IMG/VR virus record: IMGVR_UViG_3300031227_000060
Span: 1-53,840 of that record
Strand: one strand, 5' to 3'
DNA length: 53,840 nucleotides
From: a virus
Lineage: Duplodnaviria; Caudoviricetes
Numbering within the stretch: the first letter of the stretch is position 1; each line of letters begins with the position of its first letter. A program made the position numbers and the translations under genes. Positions 38,475 through 51,171 of the stretch are shown here, one piece after another. The notes under the pieces were generated by a model. The model did not search any database. It saw only the letters and a program-made list of their open reading frames with translations, and was not told the DNA's origin.

Positions 38475-41400
38475 TCACTCTGCCTTGCTCCGATAAACCT
38501 TATTAAAAAATCGCATTAGTTTCTCTTGCTTTCTTCTCTGCAATGCGATCATGTCCCTTTTCTTTTCTTCGCTGAATCTGGAATTCTCAATCACTTTAAT
38601 AGTTTTTCTGTATTTATTCATCTTTCTTGTAGTAGCTTCCATTATAGGGATAAGCTTTCTCTCAGCCTTATATTCTTTGGCGATTTGTACCACCCTCCTT
38701 GGGTCGTCTTTACTGTCTATTATTTGTTTCTTTACTGATTTCACACTTTCCATATTGGTGATAAATTCTGCATCAACACCCTTTTCGCTGAGTTTATCCC
38801 ACGAGACAGACTTCTCATAAATAGTCTTAACGTGCTCATTCCTCTCTTTTGTTAATTCGTCCAGCCTTTCCCTTTTTATTTCAGGTTTTAAATCAGACTC
38901 ATATATCGATTTAATTTTCTTATTAATAGCCGTAAGCTTCCTTTTTACATCGCTAAATTCCTCTTTTGCCTTAAATTTACCAACGTTCTTTTGAATCAGG
39001 CTCGCGGCTTTTAAATGTTCCCCGGTTTCCTGAAAGTGTCGCATACCCCTTACAAGCTTATTGATTTCGTCTGAGGTTTCATAAAAATGCCTCATGTATT
39101 TTGTATTCCTGACCGGCTTGTCACGGCGAACAAATCCACCCGTACCTATAATGTCATCGATTATCATCTCTGGATTTTCCGGAAAGTCAAATAGATAGTG
39201 TGTGACAATATCCGTGGAGCCCAGCAAGAACATTCCAAACGTGCTAAAATATCCCCTTACAAGAGCTTCAGCGCGTTTAGGGGACATGTTCATAGCTCCG
39301 CCCATGACTTGCATTGTTTCGCTCGTCCAAGGGTCAGCCTGTTGTCCTGCGGGTAAACCCTGAAGCCCCATCCCTACTATTGGACGGCCTGTGAATGTGT
39401 TTTTGTTGGCCCATTGTTCCATTAAAGGCTTTACGGCTTGAGGCCAATCTAATGAAAACACGTCTCTGGCTGCGTAACCCATAAAATCAGCGATGTGTTT
39501 TGTGTCCTCGTTTCCGTTCATAACATTCGCCATTGTCTCTGGAAGTGTTGAAAAAACAACGCCTGTCTCAAAGGGTTTTGGAATTCTATAATGAGTTTCA
39601 CCTAACCAGAAGTGATAATATGTCCATTTTTCCCAATCTTCCATTTCTTTATATCGCTCGTCGTCTTTAAATAACGACCATAAAGCTATTGAAGCCACTG
39701 ACAGCATACCACCTTTTAACATAAAGGCCTTCTTGTCTGATTTATATCCTCTTCCCATTCTATATAAACCCTGCATTCGAGCATTTAAGAAGGGAATTGT
39801 CCGGATTAAGAACTGAACAGCACCAGACCCACCGCTCATACTAAAATCCATGATATCTCGAGCAGCGAACGCAGCCCCGAGTTGAGTTTCACCTTTTGCA
39901 AGCTTATTTTCCATAAGCATGATTCTCGCTGCATTTTCAGAAGCAGCACCTATCTTGTCCCAAAAATCCAGCAGTCTTTTAGGAGAATTTAGTATAATAT
40001 TTTTAGGTCCCTCGGCTTTCATTACCCTTCTAACATATCTCGCTCCAGCTTCAGGGTCATCATTCACATATGATCCACCAAAACCAGCACCGGAGGCCAT
40101 AAATTCAATCCAATCTTGATCTTCGCGCATGGACTTTATGAAGCCTTTAAAAGAATCGTAAAACGGTTTAAAGTCTTTCTCGACTATTGAGGTATGTAAA
40201 GTGTCCCTTAGCACGTTTCTGATTCTAAATCCTGGTCCGAATGTAGCCCCATAGGATAGCCATCTTTTTGTTTTACCCATGAAGTTTATAAGCACGTTGT
40301 CCATCTTATTGACGTTCACATTCGCTAATGCCTGGAATAAGTCAGGGTCATGGACTTTAAAGTAGACAGGTTTTCCTTCTCTTCTGAATGTAAGAACATT
40401 GTCGGCCTGTCTCATTTTATTGGTAATGTACTTTGAAACACCTTCTTTATATTCTATTTCTTCAATAACTTCAGAGCCTATTTCCTGTGAAGCGTCAAAA
40501 GCTGCTGCCCGAGCTTTGTTCCTTATAGATTCATGGATTAAATGCAGCCAGTTATGTAAATAGTTTTCGACAGGATCTCCAAGCTTCTGATCGGCACCCT
40601 TTAGTTTTTTAATCTGCGCTGAAATATGTTTATTTGAAAGTCTCGGGCCTGTTAAAAATTCGTCTCTGGCAAGTTCGTTCTCGAATATTCTATAAAAAGG
40701 TACGTAAAAGTCAGACTGCCATTCTTTTCTTGCCACGGGGTCTATAAGACCAGCCTCGACAGCTACGTCCAGTATGTTTGAATTGAAATCCTGTAGCTTC
40801 TTGGAAGCCTCAATCATCTTTTTATCAAGAGGAGAACCAGCCCATTCAAATATTTTCTTTCTCGCGTCTGCATCAAGCCATCTTTCCCGGCCTTCGCCTT
40901 CGAGAACCCCTGCTCTTTTAGCTGCAGTCCAGTATAGAAGTTTCTCCCAATCTTTCCCTAACGATCTCAGGAACGGAAGAACGCCCTCGTTTTTAGTTTC
41001 GACAGTAAAAACACCTTCCTTCCATTTTAACTTGCCATGCTCAAGAAACGTTCCAAAAGGCATCATAAAACCAGTTTCCATTCTATGAAGTTGATAAGGA
41101 AAATCACCGAGTTGGGTTTTGATAGGTCTTAATTTATCAAGACCTTTCGTTATGGCTTTGTCAAGAAGCTCGTCTCGTTTCTCTTTTACCTTAATGCTTT
41201 GGATTGAATCTGTTACTTTTTCATCCCATGTTTTTACTGATTTCCCGAACTTCTGGTCTATTATGTCCGGCTTTTTCACCTGATACAAAGGCATCCCTTC
41301 TCTGAGGGCCTTTGATTTCATTTCTGGGGTTATTGGGAGTGAAAATAAAATTTGTTTTTCTTTCTTGCTGTTTATCCCCCGTTGTGGTAAGCTATTTATA

Positions 41401-44400
41401 TTTTCAATAAACCTTTTTACAGCGAAAGGAGTAACGTCATGGCCGATGGAAGAAGCGATAGAGGCGTGCAACACACTGTCTTTTGTGACATCTGCGGAAA
41501 AAGTATCATCAGGCACACTTATGAACTCAAGAAAACCTCCACGTTTTTCTGCTCTAATGCTTGTGCCGGGATAAATTCCAGAAACAGAATCGACATCACC
41601 TGCCAAGAGTGCGGAAAGGTCTTTAAAAAACCCTTGTCCAGGCTTGGTAAGGTTAAGTTTTGTGGTAAGGAATGCTACACGCTTAATCAAAGAGTCGGCT
41701 ATATCGCTACTGATGGGCATCGTGCCGTTACTATCAACGGTAAGGATGTCAAAGAGCATCGACTCATTATGGAGAAGCATATCGGGAGAAGCCTCGCCCC
41801 TGATGAAATCGTTCACCACACCAACGGGGATAAGCTCGATAACCGCATCTCTAATCTCAGCATTGAGAGCAGAAGTTCTCACGCCATCAAGCACCGTCCG
41901 CTTAGTTGGAATATCGAGGCCGCTAAAGCCCTTAGAAAGAAAGGGCTCTTTTTTCGTGAGATCGGTAAGAAACTCGGGGTCAATGCCACCACTATCCACC
42001 GGCAGTTTCAGAAAAGGGGCATCCCTACGAATTGACTTTTTCTGGTACATTATATTTGGCTCAGTTGGGGAGAACGTGCCTCTGTTGTAGATTGATTTTA
42101 TTTGAGTTGGGAAAAAAGCAATGTAAGAATCTTCGGCGTTGGCTTTTATGTGCCCCTGGTATTCTTTTTCTCTCGTTTGATATTCTTTATATTCTGGAGT
42201 TTTTTGTTCCTCGGCAGAAACTCGACTCGGAAATTTTTTCAGTATCTTGTCGAAAGCTTTATCCCTTCGTCTTATATATTCATTCAAGCCTTTAACTTCG
42301 CCTGTGTTTGTATAAACAATACCATCAAAGCCTTTCTGTTGGATTAAATCACGTATGTTTTTTAATTTAGTTGCAGGATGAGAGGCTGACATGGCCCTAT
42401 CAACTTCGGCTTCAGAAAAATATTCTCGGAGCCGATGCGTTTTTAGTTCATATTCAAGGTTTTCAGCGTCCCACCATCCGGCATCATCAAGCCTTAAAGG
42501 GTTTTTAATGGTGAGATAAACAGGCATTAGATTCTGTCCTTCTGTCGGCCTGTCTCTGTCTCCAAGATATGATATTCTGTCGATAGCCTGTCCTTCTGTG
42601 CCGAAGTGAATGCCAATATCGTTCCGTCTCTTTTTAAATCGGTCAAAAATTGCAACCGTCCCATGATAAACCACCAAGGGCTCACCGTTCTCATCAACAA
42701 CCTTTGATTTCCCAAACCACTTCCCAAACTTAGGATTATCCAGAATACTCTTAATGGCCTGTGCTAACGAATAAGAAGGGCTTACTGCAAAGTCAAATAC
42801 CGGAGAAGTTTTACTATCAAAAACTTTCCCTGACTCAACATCTTTAGTAATCCCTCTCGCAGTCCTCTTGAACAAATTAACTAAGCTATCAATAAAGTCG
42901 GCTATCTTCTGCAATACTCTACCGACAGGAGTTCCACGATAATTCTCACGGTTTTCGAGTTCTTCCGCTATAAATGTGGCCCTCTTTTCCTTGTCTCCAA
43001 GCTTGGTGGGACCGTGTTTTTTAATGTATGCGTTCTTGAGGACGTTCAATTCGAGGTTATTTAAAAGGCCTGCTTCCTCAATAAAATGTGTAGATTCATG
43101 GGCAAGCGTGAACTTGTCACCAATGCCTTTTACAATCTTTATTATTCCCTTATGTTCTCCTGATTCAAACTCAAACCCTTGATAAGAGCCAGCTATCTTT
43201 TCACCAGCGCCCCTAACCTTACCATAGGCTATCTTAAATTCGGCTTCATCTGAAGCGATTTCATTAACTTCCGTAATAACTAAGGCGTGACCACCGGTTG
43301 TCTTGACCCAAATATCGCCATCAGAATTCAAACCTACCGATTGACCTTTAAATAAGGATTGAGCGTCTTTTAGGGTTAGCCCGGAGTCTGATATTTTTGT
43401 GGAATAGAGCTCAACGCCCTTATCGGTTTCCCTTGACTCCATCACTTCAAACAGATTATTAAAGGCCGAACTGACGCTATCTATTTCGCTATCCAATAAA
43501 TATGGATACATATCCGTGGCGGTCAACGAACCGGACAATAATCCTTCAAGCATGTCCTGTGAATATTCGCCCGATGAAACTATGTTAGCAAGATAGTCAT
43601 TAACATTTGTTCGCTCAGACAACTTTTCAATAACGTAACTTTCAAAAGCCCTCGCTGTCATTTCGATACGTGTTGACCAGTACGGCTTAGTCCTTCTCTT
43701 GTCGAGTTCCTCAGACCGTTTTTTCATTCCAGTCGAATCAACGGTTTTTATAAGCCCATTAAACGCCTTGAGTAGTTCTTCCCTTATAGAATCGTCTTGA
43801 GTCTTACGTGGTCGATCTGTAATATATTCATGCTTCACGCCTCGTTTTCTGGAAAAGTAATTATCCAGAGCATGAAACCATTCATGGGCAAGGGAACCAG
43901 GACCGTTCTTTTTTGTTAAGTTGATGACTATCTTTCCGGGTTCATAGTGTGCAGAAGGAGCCTGTTTGCCACCATGCCCCCTCGAACCGAAGCCTATTCC
44001 GAGCTCTCCGTTTAAAGAAATAGCTTTGGCAGGAATATCAAGGATAACTGACAGGTCTATCAAGGCATCATAAGCCCTGTTGAGATTGTCCTGTCTTTCC
44101 TTATCGTTAACCCAATTACCAAACTCAACGCCACGAAAACCGAGCGCTTCATTGAACATTTCAGGAGTAACGTCTTTACCGTTCCTATGATCTTTTCCGA
44201 TTCGTTCTCTATTAACAGCCCTGCGTTCATCTGGAATGGTTTTATATTGTTTTAACTTTTCTTCTAATTTTTCCTGATTGGCTTTAAGGTATTCCCTTGC
44301 CTCTTTAGTTGAATCAAATTTCTCAAGGTCAATATAGTTCCGGCCTATCTTTTTTCCGATATAAGTTCCCTTTTCACCATGCTTGGAATACATATTAAAT

Positions 44401-47400
44401 CTTACGCCTTTGGACTTTTTAACTGTGTCGAAAGTAGCATAGTTTTTCTTAAAGTTTTCAAGGGTTTCCTCTTTTGTATTTCCCTCGGCAAGAATGGTCG
44501 GCATGTTGGAGAACAGTGTTGCCTTGCGGCTTTTACCGACCTGCCATTTTGTTACGTTTTTTTCGCCCTTATATAATGACCAATGGTGTTTTTCAAATGT
44601 TACGCCCTTGAGTGACTTGTCATGTCCAACAGCAAGGTAGAGGTCTGCCCTGCCGCCAACACCAGTTCTAAGCGCAGATCGGTCTTTTTCATCAAGTTTA
44701 GTTTTTATTTGTTCTTTCGTAATCTTATCATTTATCAGGTCGTCAGCAAACCCCCTAAGCATTTCTACCTGATTAGTCCACGTTCTTAGCTTCCAACTTT
44801 GACGAGGTTTCGCAGGGATCTCGTCTCTGGCCGACCGAACGAAAGCAACTACCCATGGATCTACGCCATCCTCGATTAGCTTTTCATAGTTGGGTTCGGG
44901 CCATGCCTTAGACAATGGAACAGAAGCTATGTCCATGTCTTTTGCAGCCGTCATTTTATCGGAATACTCAGCGTAATAATCCTTTCTCGCACCGCCTATT
45001 TTTTCTCCGAAGTCTTCAATTTTGTCGGTTTCTTTCTGCTCCGGCTTCTTGGTTGCGACCTGATATAACGAATCAATTTTTGGTGATAAAATATTCTGTG
45101 CGGCGGAGCTTAAATCTTCCCATTTCGACTCCGATATTTTTTCTCCGAGTTTTGATAATTTTCCTTTTTTTGTTACCCAACCGCTATCTGAAACAAGAGA
45201 CACTTTTCTTCCAAGCTTTATCTTATTATCCCAATATTCTTGGTAGTTCCTTGTGGGAGTGCTCAAAACCGCCTCTCGCGAGACGGCTTCAATATCTGTT
45301 TGTACGCTTGGCACATCAGGCTCTTTGGCTGCTTTCTTGGGAAGGTCTATCGGATTTCTATCTCGCAAATCTTGAACCGTTTGCTTCAATGCGTCCTTAA
45401 ACTTCTTAGAAGGCTTGCCCTTACCGTCCCACTTTTCGTTAATTAAAGAAGCCCTATAAGCTAATTCCCTTGCATCCTTAGATGTTAATTCGCCCTGCAC
45501 CGCCATTGTTGAAGAGATATGTGCGACCACATAATTATCACCTTTAACATCTTTGTGATAAGCATAATCGCCCATAGCCATGACAGGAACACCTGCTCTT
45601 GAAACGCTGCCGTCTGTGGCGAGGATGTCAAGTTTCTGTTTCTTGGCCTTGGCCTTTTTTAAAGCCTCCACGATTTGAGGTTCATTGCCTCTCATGCGCT
45701 GAAGATTTTTTAATATTTCATCGTCCCCTTTCTTTTTTTCCGCTGCCTCTTTGGTCGTTGTCTCCGTTTTTTTAGCCCGCACTATCTTTTCTTTGTCAAT
45801 ATGTTTTTGTAACCCTGGATCTGAAATCTCTAATTTTTCTAAAGATGTATGAAAAGCGCCAGGATATTTTTCAGCAAACTTCCTGAGCGCAGCATCTTTT
45901 GACACAGACATACCAGTCATTGACGATTCCCACTCGTTACTTGAACCAGCTTTCCGCATTTGCACTTGATGGGTCAACTGAGGGGCATCTGTTACGTTTA
46001 TTCTCCCAACACGAAATTCATACTCAATGTCACCAGACTTATCTACGGCTATGATTTTTGAACCGCCCTTCTTCTCCCATTCTTTAGGTAGTCCAATCCT
46101 TTCACCCTTTATATCAGCGCCGACCTGTCCTGTCTCAGCCTCTTGAATGTTACGAGACAGTTTTAAGTGTTCACTTACCGACAAATCAGGAAACCGCTTT
46201 TTAATTTCAGCAAACCTTTCCATCGAGCCTAATTTTGCAAGGTCTTTATTGTCTTCGACGGTAGGCTGTTTTAAAACTTTGGGTTCTTGTTTTGGTAAAA
46301 CCTTACCTTTTACCAACTTTCCAGGCTTCTCAACCTTCTCTTTGGGCTCCGCTTTTTGTAGGTCGGGATAATCCTTGAGTACAGATTCGGGAACTGGCTT
46401 GCCCTGTTGGATGGCATGTTGAACTTCTTCTTTGTGTCGATTATATTCATCAATTAACTTAGTATTAATCTTTTTCTTATGGTCGAAGGCTTTTGATTGT
46501 GCATCTTTCTTCGTTTTATGCTTTGTTGGGAAATCCACGCCAGACATAGACGTTGTGACCCAATGTTTCTTACGACCTTCTATAACTTGCTTAATGGAAT
46601 TTAATGGAGAATAATTATCAATTTGTTCTTTTGTAGCACCCACTATTTTTACAGACGATTCATCCCTAGTCATCTCCCACGGTTCTTTGGCTTTTTCCTC
46701 AGCCTCAACCTCCAAATCGGCTTCAGGTTGAACGATTTCTGTTTCAGGCACACTAACACCCTCATCAACAACCCTTTCGCTGCCCTCAACAGCCCCTTCG
46801 TGCTCAGGGCCCTCCATAATGGTTCCGTCTGGCATCTCATGGACAACTTCGGCCTTCTCAGCCCACGGCATTTCAGAAACAGGCTTGGTCTTTCTCTTGC
46901 CGTCAAATGCCCACTTCTTAAATTCATCCATGGACATTTCAGTTATCCCGGCTCCACCGTTCCAATTTTCGGCATAATTACTCTGGTATAATTTAGCAGC
47001 CTCTTCTTGAGTATCAGCGCCAAGAATTACCTTCAATTCATCGAAGTTTCCCTTTTCATCAACTTGATCGACTATAAATACCTTTGGGCTTGTTTCTGTC
47101 CCGGGCTTAACGAATATATCAAGATAATCTTTGTCGGCCCCCAAGACTGAGGGCAAATAGCCATAATGCGCGGTCATCTCCTGCTGCCATTGTGGAGGAT
47201 CATTCTGTTTATCGGTTCTAACTGAACCCTGTGGATTCTCAATAGATATTTTCAGGCCATCAACTTCAACATGGCCGAGTTTTGCATTATTCGCCTCAAT
47301 TTGTTTATCGGTAGGCTCTGGCCTTTCATTTAACGGAGAGCTTGCCGCCTCATTCGCCTCAACGTCAAGCTCTCCCATCTGAGAAAGATCAACCAAGGGC

Positions 47401-48821
47401 TCCGGCTCTATTTCTGGTTCTATCTCAGGCTGATATACGTCCTCTTGTGGCAACCCTCTTAAATCAGGCACGCCTTCAGGAGTTGTGAATATGGCTTCTT
47501 TCCTTTTGGCCTCTTCCTGCAATTCCGCTTGACGTTCGGCCTTGGCTTGCTGCTGCCGTTTTATTTCATATTCCATGTCAGCGGCTTCTTGCTCAACAGC
47601 CCGAGCATCAGCTTCCTCTTCTAAATCAATGGCTCTCTCAACGTCCTTCATTGGATCAATTAGATTTATGGCTTGCTGTGTCTGATCTCTTTGCTGAAAT
47701 AATGGATCCGCCTGAACACCAGGAGGTGTCCCTGTTGGAATCGCCTGTTCCGGTGCCTTTTGTTCTTCCATAAAGTCAGTAGATTGGTCTTGGGATATTG
47801 GTTCTAATGACACCGCTGGTTTTAAAGCCCTATATGTTCTGTCAACAGCAATAGCACCACCACCCATAATCCCGGTAGTAATAGCGGTAACAGGGGCAAC
47901 CTCTTTGGCAACCTCCATAGTCGTCTTGGGTTCACTCAGTCCAAGCAGCACCTCTATAGGGTTTTGTAATTTTCCGGCTGCAATTTCTTGGGCTTGCTCC
48001 TCGGTCATGGTAGCAGCACCACGGAAAATTCCTCGTGTTACCTTGTTTTCGGCAAGCATTTTAAATATCTTACCACCCATTCTGCCAGTAATAAGTTTGA
48101 ATCCCACCATGTTGCCAACGCCTTCTGTAACAGCTTCAATAAGAGCGTGTTTTGTGGTCGCAGAATTAACATTTTCAGCAAAAGGTAGCCATTCGGCTTC
48201 AGTAAAAGGAGGCAGTCCCTTTTCGGCTCTGTCATAATTGGCTGCGTCTCGAACTTCCGTAACAATTTGAGACTTTGCCATATTAAAGGTAGCTCCGCCC
48301 ATCGCAACCATAGGAATAGCTGTTGTTGCGCCCGGAACAGGAACAGGTATAGAGGCTAATGCAGATGCGCCTCCAACTGCTGCTACCGTAACACCGTAGC
48401 CTAGCTGGCTCATGGCATCTACCACATGGTCAGAGGTAAGTCCTAAAAAAGAATCATAAGGATTTACATGGCGCTTCTTTTTATACGCTTCTATTTCACT
48501 ACGGCTTTCCGCCCTTAATCTGCCTGCTGCGGTAGTTTCGTCAACGGCATGAACTGTAGGATCTACAATAGAGGCAATATTAGCTTTTACTTGTCCCGGC
48601 AAGGTCATAAGGCCAGAGCCAAATGCTCTCGCAGCGTCCACAATACCACTTCGTGTAGCAGCTACGTGTTCCCCTAAACCGGCTTGTTCTGCAAACTCTT
48701 CGTATCCGACTCCACCAGCTTGCAATTCGGGATTGGAATTATAAACCTTTCTTGTGAGTTCTTGAGGATCTGTGTCTGCATGCTCTGGATTTTCCTGTAT
48801 GAATTGACCGATATTAAACAT
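38475..48821 (-). CDS. Giant polyvalent (injected internal virion) protein, 3448 aa
   Basis: InPase-like ([22 protein letters not shown]); LPD5-like ([14 protein letters not shown]); LPD1-like ([27 protein letters not shown]); HESTH zincin; ART-PolyVal-like ([16 protein letters not shown]); LPD38-like C-terminus (RIPKPFETG). Follows the ejection genes. Confidence 0.85.
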   Translation of the reverse strand: MFNIGQFIQENPEHADTDPQELTRKVYNSNPELQAGGVGYEEFAEQAGLGEHVAATRSGIVDAARAFGSGLMTLPGQVKANIASIVDPTVHAVDETTAAGRLRAESRSEIEAYKKKRHVNPYDSFLGLTSDHVVDAMSQLGYGVTVAAVGGASALASIPVPVPGATTAIPMVAMGGATFNMAKSQIVTEVRDAANYDRAEKGLPPFTEAEWLPFAENVNSATTKHALIEAVTEGVGNMVGFKLITGRMGGKIFKMLAENKVTRGIFRGAATMTEEQAQEIAAGKLQNPIEVLLGLSEPKTTMEVAKEVAPVTAITTGIMGGGAIAVDRTYRALKPAVSLEPISQDQSTDFMEEQKAPEQAIPTGTPPGVQADPLFQQRDQTQQAINLIDPMKDVERAIDLEEEADARAVEQEAADMEYEIKRQQQAKAERQAELQEEAKRKEAIFTTPEGVPDLRGLPQEDVYQPEIEPEIEPEPLVDLSQMGELDVEANEAASSPLNERPEPTDKQIEANNAKLGHVEVDGLKISIENPQGSVRTDKQNDPPQWQQEMTAHYGYLPSVLGADKDYLDIFVKPGTETSPKVFIVDQVDEKGNFDELKVILGADTQEEAAKLYQSNYAENWNGGAGITEMSMDEFKKWAFDGKRKTKPVSEMPWAEKAEVVHEMPDGTIMEGPEHEGAVEGSERVVDEGVSVPETEIVQPEADLEVEAEEKAKEPWEMTRDESSVKIVGATKEQIDNYSPLNSIKQVIEGRKKHWVTTSMSGVDFPTKHKTKKDAQSKAFDHKKKINTKLIDEYNRHKEEVQHAIQQGKPVPESVLKDYPDLQKAEPKEKVEKPGKLVKGKVLPKQEPKVLKQPTVEDNKDLAKLGSMERFAEIKKRFPDLSVSEHLKLSRNIQEAETGQVGADIKGERIGLPKEWEKKGGSKIIAVDKSGDIEYEFRVGRINVTDAPQLTHQVQMRKAGSSNEWESSMTGMSVSKDAALRKFAEKYPGAFHTSLEKLEISDPGLQKHIDKEKIVRAKKTETTTKEAAEKKKGDDEILKNLQRMRGNEPQIVEALKKAKAKKQKLDILATDGSVSRAGVPVMAMGDYAYHKDVKGDNYVVAHISSTMAVQGELTSKDARELAYRASLINEKWDGKGKPSKKFKDALKQTVQDLRDRNPIDLPKKAAKEPDVPSVQTDIEAVSREAVLSTPTRNYQEYWDNKIKLGRKVSLVSDSGWVTKKGKLSKLGEKISESKWEDLSSAAQNILSPKIDSLYQVATKKPEQKETDKIEDFGEKIGGARKDYYAEYSDKMTAAKDMDIASVPLSKAWPEPNYEKLIEDGVDPWVVAFVRSARDEIPAKPRQSWKLRTWTNQVEMLRGFADDLINDKITKEQIKTKLDEKDRSALRTGVGGRADLYLAVGHDKSLKGVTFEKHHWSLYKGEKNVTKWQVGKSRKATLFSNMPTILAEGNTKEETLENFKKNYATFDTVKKSKGVRFNMYSKHGEKGTYIGKKIGRNYIDLEKFDSTKEAREYLKANQEKLEEKLKQYKTIPDERRAVNRERIGKDHRNGKDVTPEMFNEALGFRGVEFGNWVNDKERQDNLNRAYDALIDLSVILDIPAKAISLNGELGIGFGSRGHGGKQAPSAHYEPGKIVINLTKKNGPGSLAHEWFHALDNYFSRKRGVKHEYITDRPRKTQDDSIREELLKAFNGLIKTVDSTGMKKRSEELDKRRTKPYWSTRIEMTARAFESYVIEKLSERTNVNDYLANIVSSGEYSQDMLEGLLSGSLTATDMYPYLLDSEIDSVSSAFNNLFEVMESRETDKGVELYSTKISDSGLTLKDAQSLFKGQSVGLNSDGDIWVKTTGGHALVITEVNEIASDEAEFKIAYGKVRGAGEKIAGSYQGFEFESGEHKGIIKIVKGIGDKFTLAHESTHFIEEAGLLNNLELNVLKNAYIKKHGPTKLGDKEKRATFIAEELENRENYRGTPVGRVLQKIADFIDSLVNLFKRTARGITKDVESGKVFDSKTSPVFDFAVSPSYSLAQAIKSILDNPKFGKWFGKSKVVDENGEPLVVYHGTVAIFDRFKKRRNDIGIHFGTEGQAIDRISYLGDRDRPTEGQNLMPVYLTIKNPLRLDDAGWWDAENLEYELKTHRLREYFSEAEVDRAMSASHPATKLKNIRDLIQQKGFDGIVYTNTGEVKGLNEYIRRRDKAFDKILKKFPSRVSAEEQKTPEYKEYQTREKEYQGHIKANAEDSYIAFFPTQIKSIYNRGTFSPTEPNIMYQKKSIRRDAPFLKLPVDSGGIDPEFLTDLTKKEPFLSKGFSGLDIPTKRTVLDGVRTSALNAEIRDAVIELIPVGVVNDFIRGEASPDMLLHNESMLFDILTVDSNGTMPISSDIADSLIKRVAFLTTKLNLTKPGQGFFKDLSALLAGDVDSVSGIYPGTSIRAEKRGGFLEFISVPDDTFSADVTKDSVLHASIASSIGHDVTPFAVKRFIENINSLPQRGINSKKEKQILFSLPITPEMKSKALREGMPLYQVKKPDIIDQKFGKSVKTWDEKVTDSIQSIKVKEKRDELLDKAITKGLDKLRPIKTQLGDFPYQLHRMETGFMMPFGTFLEHGKLKWKEGVFTVETKNEGVLPFLRSLGKDWEKLLYWTAAKRAGVLEGEGRERWLDADARKKIFEWAGSPLDKKMIEASKKLQDFNSNILDVAVEAGLIDPVARKEWQSDFYVPFYRIFENELARDEFLTGPRLSNKHISAQIKKLKGADQKLGDPVENYLHNWLHLIHESIRNKARAAAFDASQEIGSEVIEEIEYKEGVSKYITNKMRQADNVLTFRREGKPVYFKVHDPDLFQALANVNVNKMDNVLINFMGKTKRWLSYGATFGPGFRIRNVLRDTLHTSIVEKDFKPFYDSFKGFIKSMREDQDWIEFMASGAGFGGSYVNDDPEAGARYVRRVMKAEGPKNIILNSPKRLLDFWDKIGAASENAARIMLMENKLAKGETQLGAAFAARDIMDFSMSGGSGAVQFLIRTIPFLNARMQGLYRMGRGYKSDKKAFMLKGGMLSVASIALWSLFKDDERYKEMEDWEKWTYYHFWLGETHYRIPKPFETGVVFSTLPETMANVMNGNEDTKHIADFMGYAARDVFSLDWPQAVKPLMEQWANKNTFTGRPIVGMGLQGLPAGQQADPWTSETMQVMGGAMNMSPKRAEALVRGYFSTFGMFLLGSTDIVTHYLFDFPENPEMIIDDIIGTGGFVRRDKPVRNTKYMRHFYETSDEINKLVRGMRHFQETGEHLKAASLIQKNVGKFKAKEEFSDVKRKLTAINKKIKSIYESDLKPEIKRERLDELTKERNEHVKTIYEKSVSWDKLSEKGVDAEFITNMESVKSVKKQIIDSKDDPRRVVQIAKEYKAERKLIPIMEATTRKMNKYRKTIKVIENSRFSEEKKRDMIALQRRKQEKLMRFFNKVYRSKAE
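41365..41431 (+). promoter_or_regulatory. Promoter and RBS of the nested HNH gene
   Basis: TTGCTG-17bp-TAAGCT with extended TG; AAAGGAG 7 nt before ATG 41439. Confidence 0.65.
41439..42035 (+). CDS. HNH homing endonuclease (Zn fingers, HNH, HTH), nested antisense in the giant gene
   Basis: [33 protein letters not shown]...[36 protein letters not shown]. Confidence 0.92.
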   Translation: MADGRSDRGVQHTVFCDICGKSIIRHTYELKKTSTFFCSNACAGINSRNRIDITCQECGKVFKKPLSRLGKVKFCGKECYTLNQRVGYIATDGHRAVTINGKDVKEHRLIMEKHIGRSLAPDEIVHHTNGDKLDNRISNLSIESRSSHAIKHRPLSWNIEAAKALRKKGLFFREIGKKLGVNATTIHRQFQKRGIPTN

Positions 48822-48875
48822 TGAGATCCTTTAAAAAGTTACATATAGTGGAAACATATATAAATAATTCTATTA

Positions 48876-50909
48876 CTAAATTAAACCTGAAGCTTCTTGC
48901 TTTTTGAGTTCTTCAATGCGCTGTTGAGCCTTCGCATAATCGCTTCCTGCTCCACGTCCGGCAATACCCGACTGACCACCAACATCCACACCAAACTTGT
49001 TCTGCGCTATTATATCGCCTACCGCGACGTTGCCAGCGCCATAATCCTGTGCTATTGTATCGCTTACCGCAGAGAATTTCCTGTTTGCGGTTGCGCCCAC
49101 ATGCTCTTGTGTTACTTCCGGTGCCATTTTAAAAGGGTTCCGAGTTTCAGCCCCGCCACCTTTCCCCCAATATTTTTTATAGTTTTTAGAAAACCATGCA
49201 GCTTCTTTTTCAGTATTGAACTGTATCAAATTTCCACTTTCCTTGGCGTGAGCCCACGCCTCATCGTCTGAAAATTGCTTTAATCCTTCATTAGTCTCTA
49301 CAATCGTTGGATAAACATAAAAGTTTCCATCTGCCTCACCATAAGCCATTAAATGCGTTCCTGTTTCTCCCTCACCGAGACTAATCGCCTCTTGTCCTTC
49401 TCCCTGTAATATTCTTTGCACGAAAGGCTTGTCTTTATTTGCATTCAGAATTTGACTGATTTTTCCTATTTCCCCACCTTTATCAGTCCCCCCCTCAGGT
49501 GTGTCAGACGCACCCATTTTGCTTGACACATCAACAGCTTGCGTTCTTGGCAACATAGACTTTATAAGCTGTATGGTTTGATTGGCAAGATTCTTTTCTA
49601 GCTCTGAGCCTGTTTTAGCAAGACCTTCTATATAATCAATGTTAGTTTGCAGTTTTGCCTGGGTTTCTGGAGAAATCTCGCCCTTTGAAGCAGCAAGTTC
49701 GGCTTCAGCCTCTTCTATATCTCTATCAGTCTCAGAAAGCTTTTCTTTATTCTCATTGCTTAAAGCTTTTAACTGTTTGATATTAAAGTTTATAATATCA
49801 TATTTTGATTTCCTTTCTATGTTTCTTATTTCCAATGCGGTCTTCACAGCTTTCTGTCCTGGTTTTTTGCGATACCCTTCTTTTCTAATATCTTCTTCGG
49901 TGAACGGTGTGCCGTCTGGTTTATTGTGAACCCCCCCATCTTTATAAAATTTCCGATCAACCTCGCCAGAGTCGTTAATCAACGGAAGAACCTCTATGTC
50001 TTCAGCGCCTTCTTTTGAAAACCAAACACCTTCTCCGATTAGAGTTTTTGCGTTTGCATCGTTTATGGTTTCTCTTCTTTTTATGTCCAATGGGAAAAAT
50101 ATTTCTTGCTTGGAAAAATGATCCATAAACCCCATGGCTTGTTTAGCATTCACAGTTTTAATAAATTTCTTGTCCTGGCCGTCTTCTGAAAAGAGTATGT
50201 CTGCCGATTTTCCATCCTGACTTATTTCGGCTGAATAAGGAGAGTTTGTACTATTGACAATCTTAGCCGCCTCCCTGATAACAGCCTGATTATTGCCTTC
50301 TTTCCAATAAGAGCCCATGGTTTTCTTTGCCTCAAGAACCCTTTGGTATGATGCAAACAGGTTGCCATTGGTTATTTCCTTCATATCAGCTTTACCTTCT
50401 GCTGTTTTTCTATATTTTAGAGAAGCATTAGCGGCACCTGTAGACGCTGCCCTTCCCTGTGTGTCCGGATCATACCAGTCCTTCTTGACGTTTGAATCAA
50501 AATTAATTAGTTTCGTTTTGTCAGCAAGGAATAAAGACTCAAAATGTTTTTCCATGGACGTTTGATCCAATTTTTTAATCTTTGCCTGTCCGGTTTTTAA
50601 CTCACCATACTTTTTTACAACAGCCGTCCACTGTGTTCCTGTTAAGCCCTCAGGTTTGGATATCTTGTCAATCGGTATAGCTTTTTCTCTCACTACATGA
50701 CGAGGCGTAGCCCTGCCCGGAGTTCCTTCTGTGATAACGTCTTTATATTCTGTTTGAACGCTTTCTTTCCCTATGTGCTCTAAACCAGTATCGACAGCCT
50801 GCCTGTTTTGTCGATCTTCCTCCCTGTCTTGTGCTGCGCCAACCTGTCTTAGCGCACCAGCAAACCCTATGCCAGCACTATATAATTCTCTTCCTAATTC
50901 GTCTACCAT
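48876..50909 (-). CDS. Internal virion/ejection protein
   Basis: Helical charged 677-aa protein between the small ejection genes and the giant gene; GAGGTG RBS. Confidence 0.6.
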   Translation of the reverse strand: MVDELGRELYSAGIGFAGALRQVGAAQDREEDRQNRQAVDTGLEHIGKESVQTEYKDVITEGTPGRATPRHVVREKAIPIDKISKPEGLTGTQWTAVVKKYGELKTGQAKIKKLDQTSMEKHFESLFLADKTKLINFDSNVKKDWYDPDTQGRAASTGAANASLKYRKTAEGKADMKEITNGNLFASYQRVLEAKKTMGSYWKEGNNQAVIREAAKIVNSTNSPYSAEISQDGKSADILFSEDGQDKKFIKTVNAKQAMGFMDHFSKQEIFFPLDIKRRETINDANAKTLIGEGVWFSKEGAEDIEVLPLINDSGEVDRKFYKDGGVHNKPDGTPFTEEDIRKEGYRKKPGQKAVKTALEIRNIERKSKYDIINFNIKQLKALSNENKEKLSETDRDIEEAEAELAASKGEISPETQAKLQTNIDYIEGLAKTGSELEKNLANQTIQLIKSMLPRTQAVDVSSKMGASDTPEGGTDKGGEIGKISQILNANKDKPFVQRILQGEGQEAISLGEGETGTHLMAYGEADGNFYVYPTIVETNEGLKQFSDDEAWAHAKESGNLIQFNTEKEAAWFSKNYKKYWGKGGGAETRNPFKMAPEVTQEHVGATANRKFSAVSDTIAQDYGAGNVAVGDIIAQNKFGVDVGGQSGIAGRGAGSDYAKAQQRIEELKKQEASGLI

Positions 50910-50917
50910 AAGTCACC

Positions 50918-51163
50918 TCACGACATTAAATATCCACCAAGCAACATAATACCGCCAGCTATAGCTCCGGTACCAGCACTACCAAGTAAAGCGCCAGCCT
51001 GTGCGCCAGCCGCAATACCGCCAGCAGTCGACATAAGAGCGCCACCAACAGATTTTCCAGGCTCTTTAACGCCTGAACTTTGAGCGCCAAAAGCACTTGT
51101 AGCGCCGCCCATATATTCCTTTGCTTTCTCCATTGGATTCTGAACATTGAATAAAGCTGGCAT
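50918..51163 (-). CDS. Small Gly/Ala-rich ejection-type protein
   Basis: GGIAAGAQAGALLGSAGTGAIAGG glycine-zipper-like segment. Confidence 0.6.
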   Translation of the reverse strand: MPALFNVQNPMEKAKEYMGGATSAFGAQSSGVKEPGKSVGGALMSTAGGIAAGAQAGALLGSAGTGAIAGGIMLLGGYLMS

Positions 51164-51171
51164 AATACCTC

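Noticed and set aside
41345-42045. Intein or group I intron carrying the nested HNH
   Set aside because: The HNH is on the opposite strand; no intein-type ends or P/Q/R/S elements were seen.
41644-42090. Other plus-strand ORFs within the giant gene
   Set aside because: No recognisable motifs; treated as shadow ORFs.
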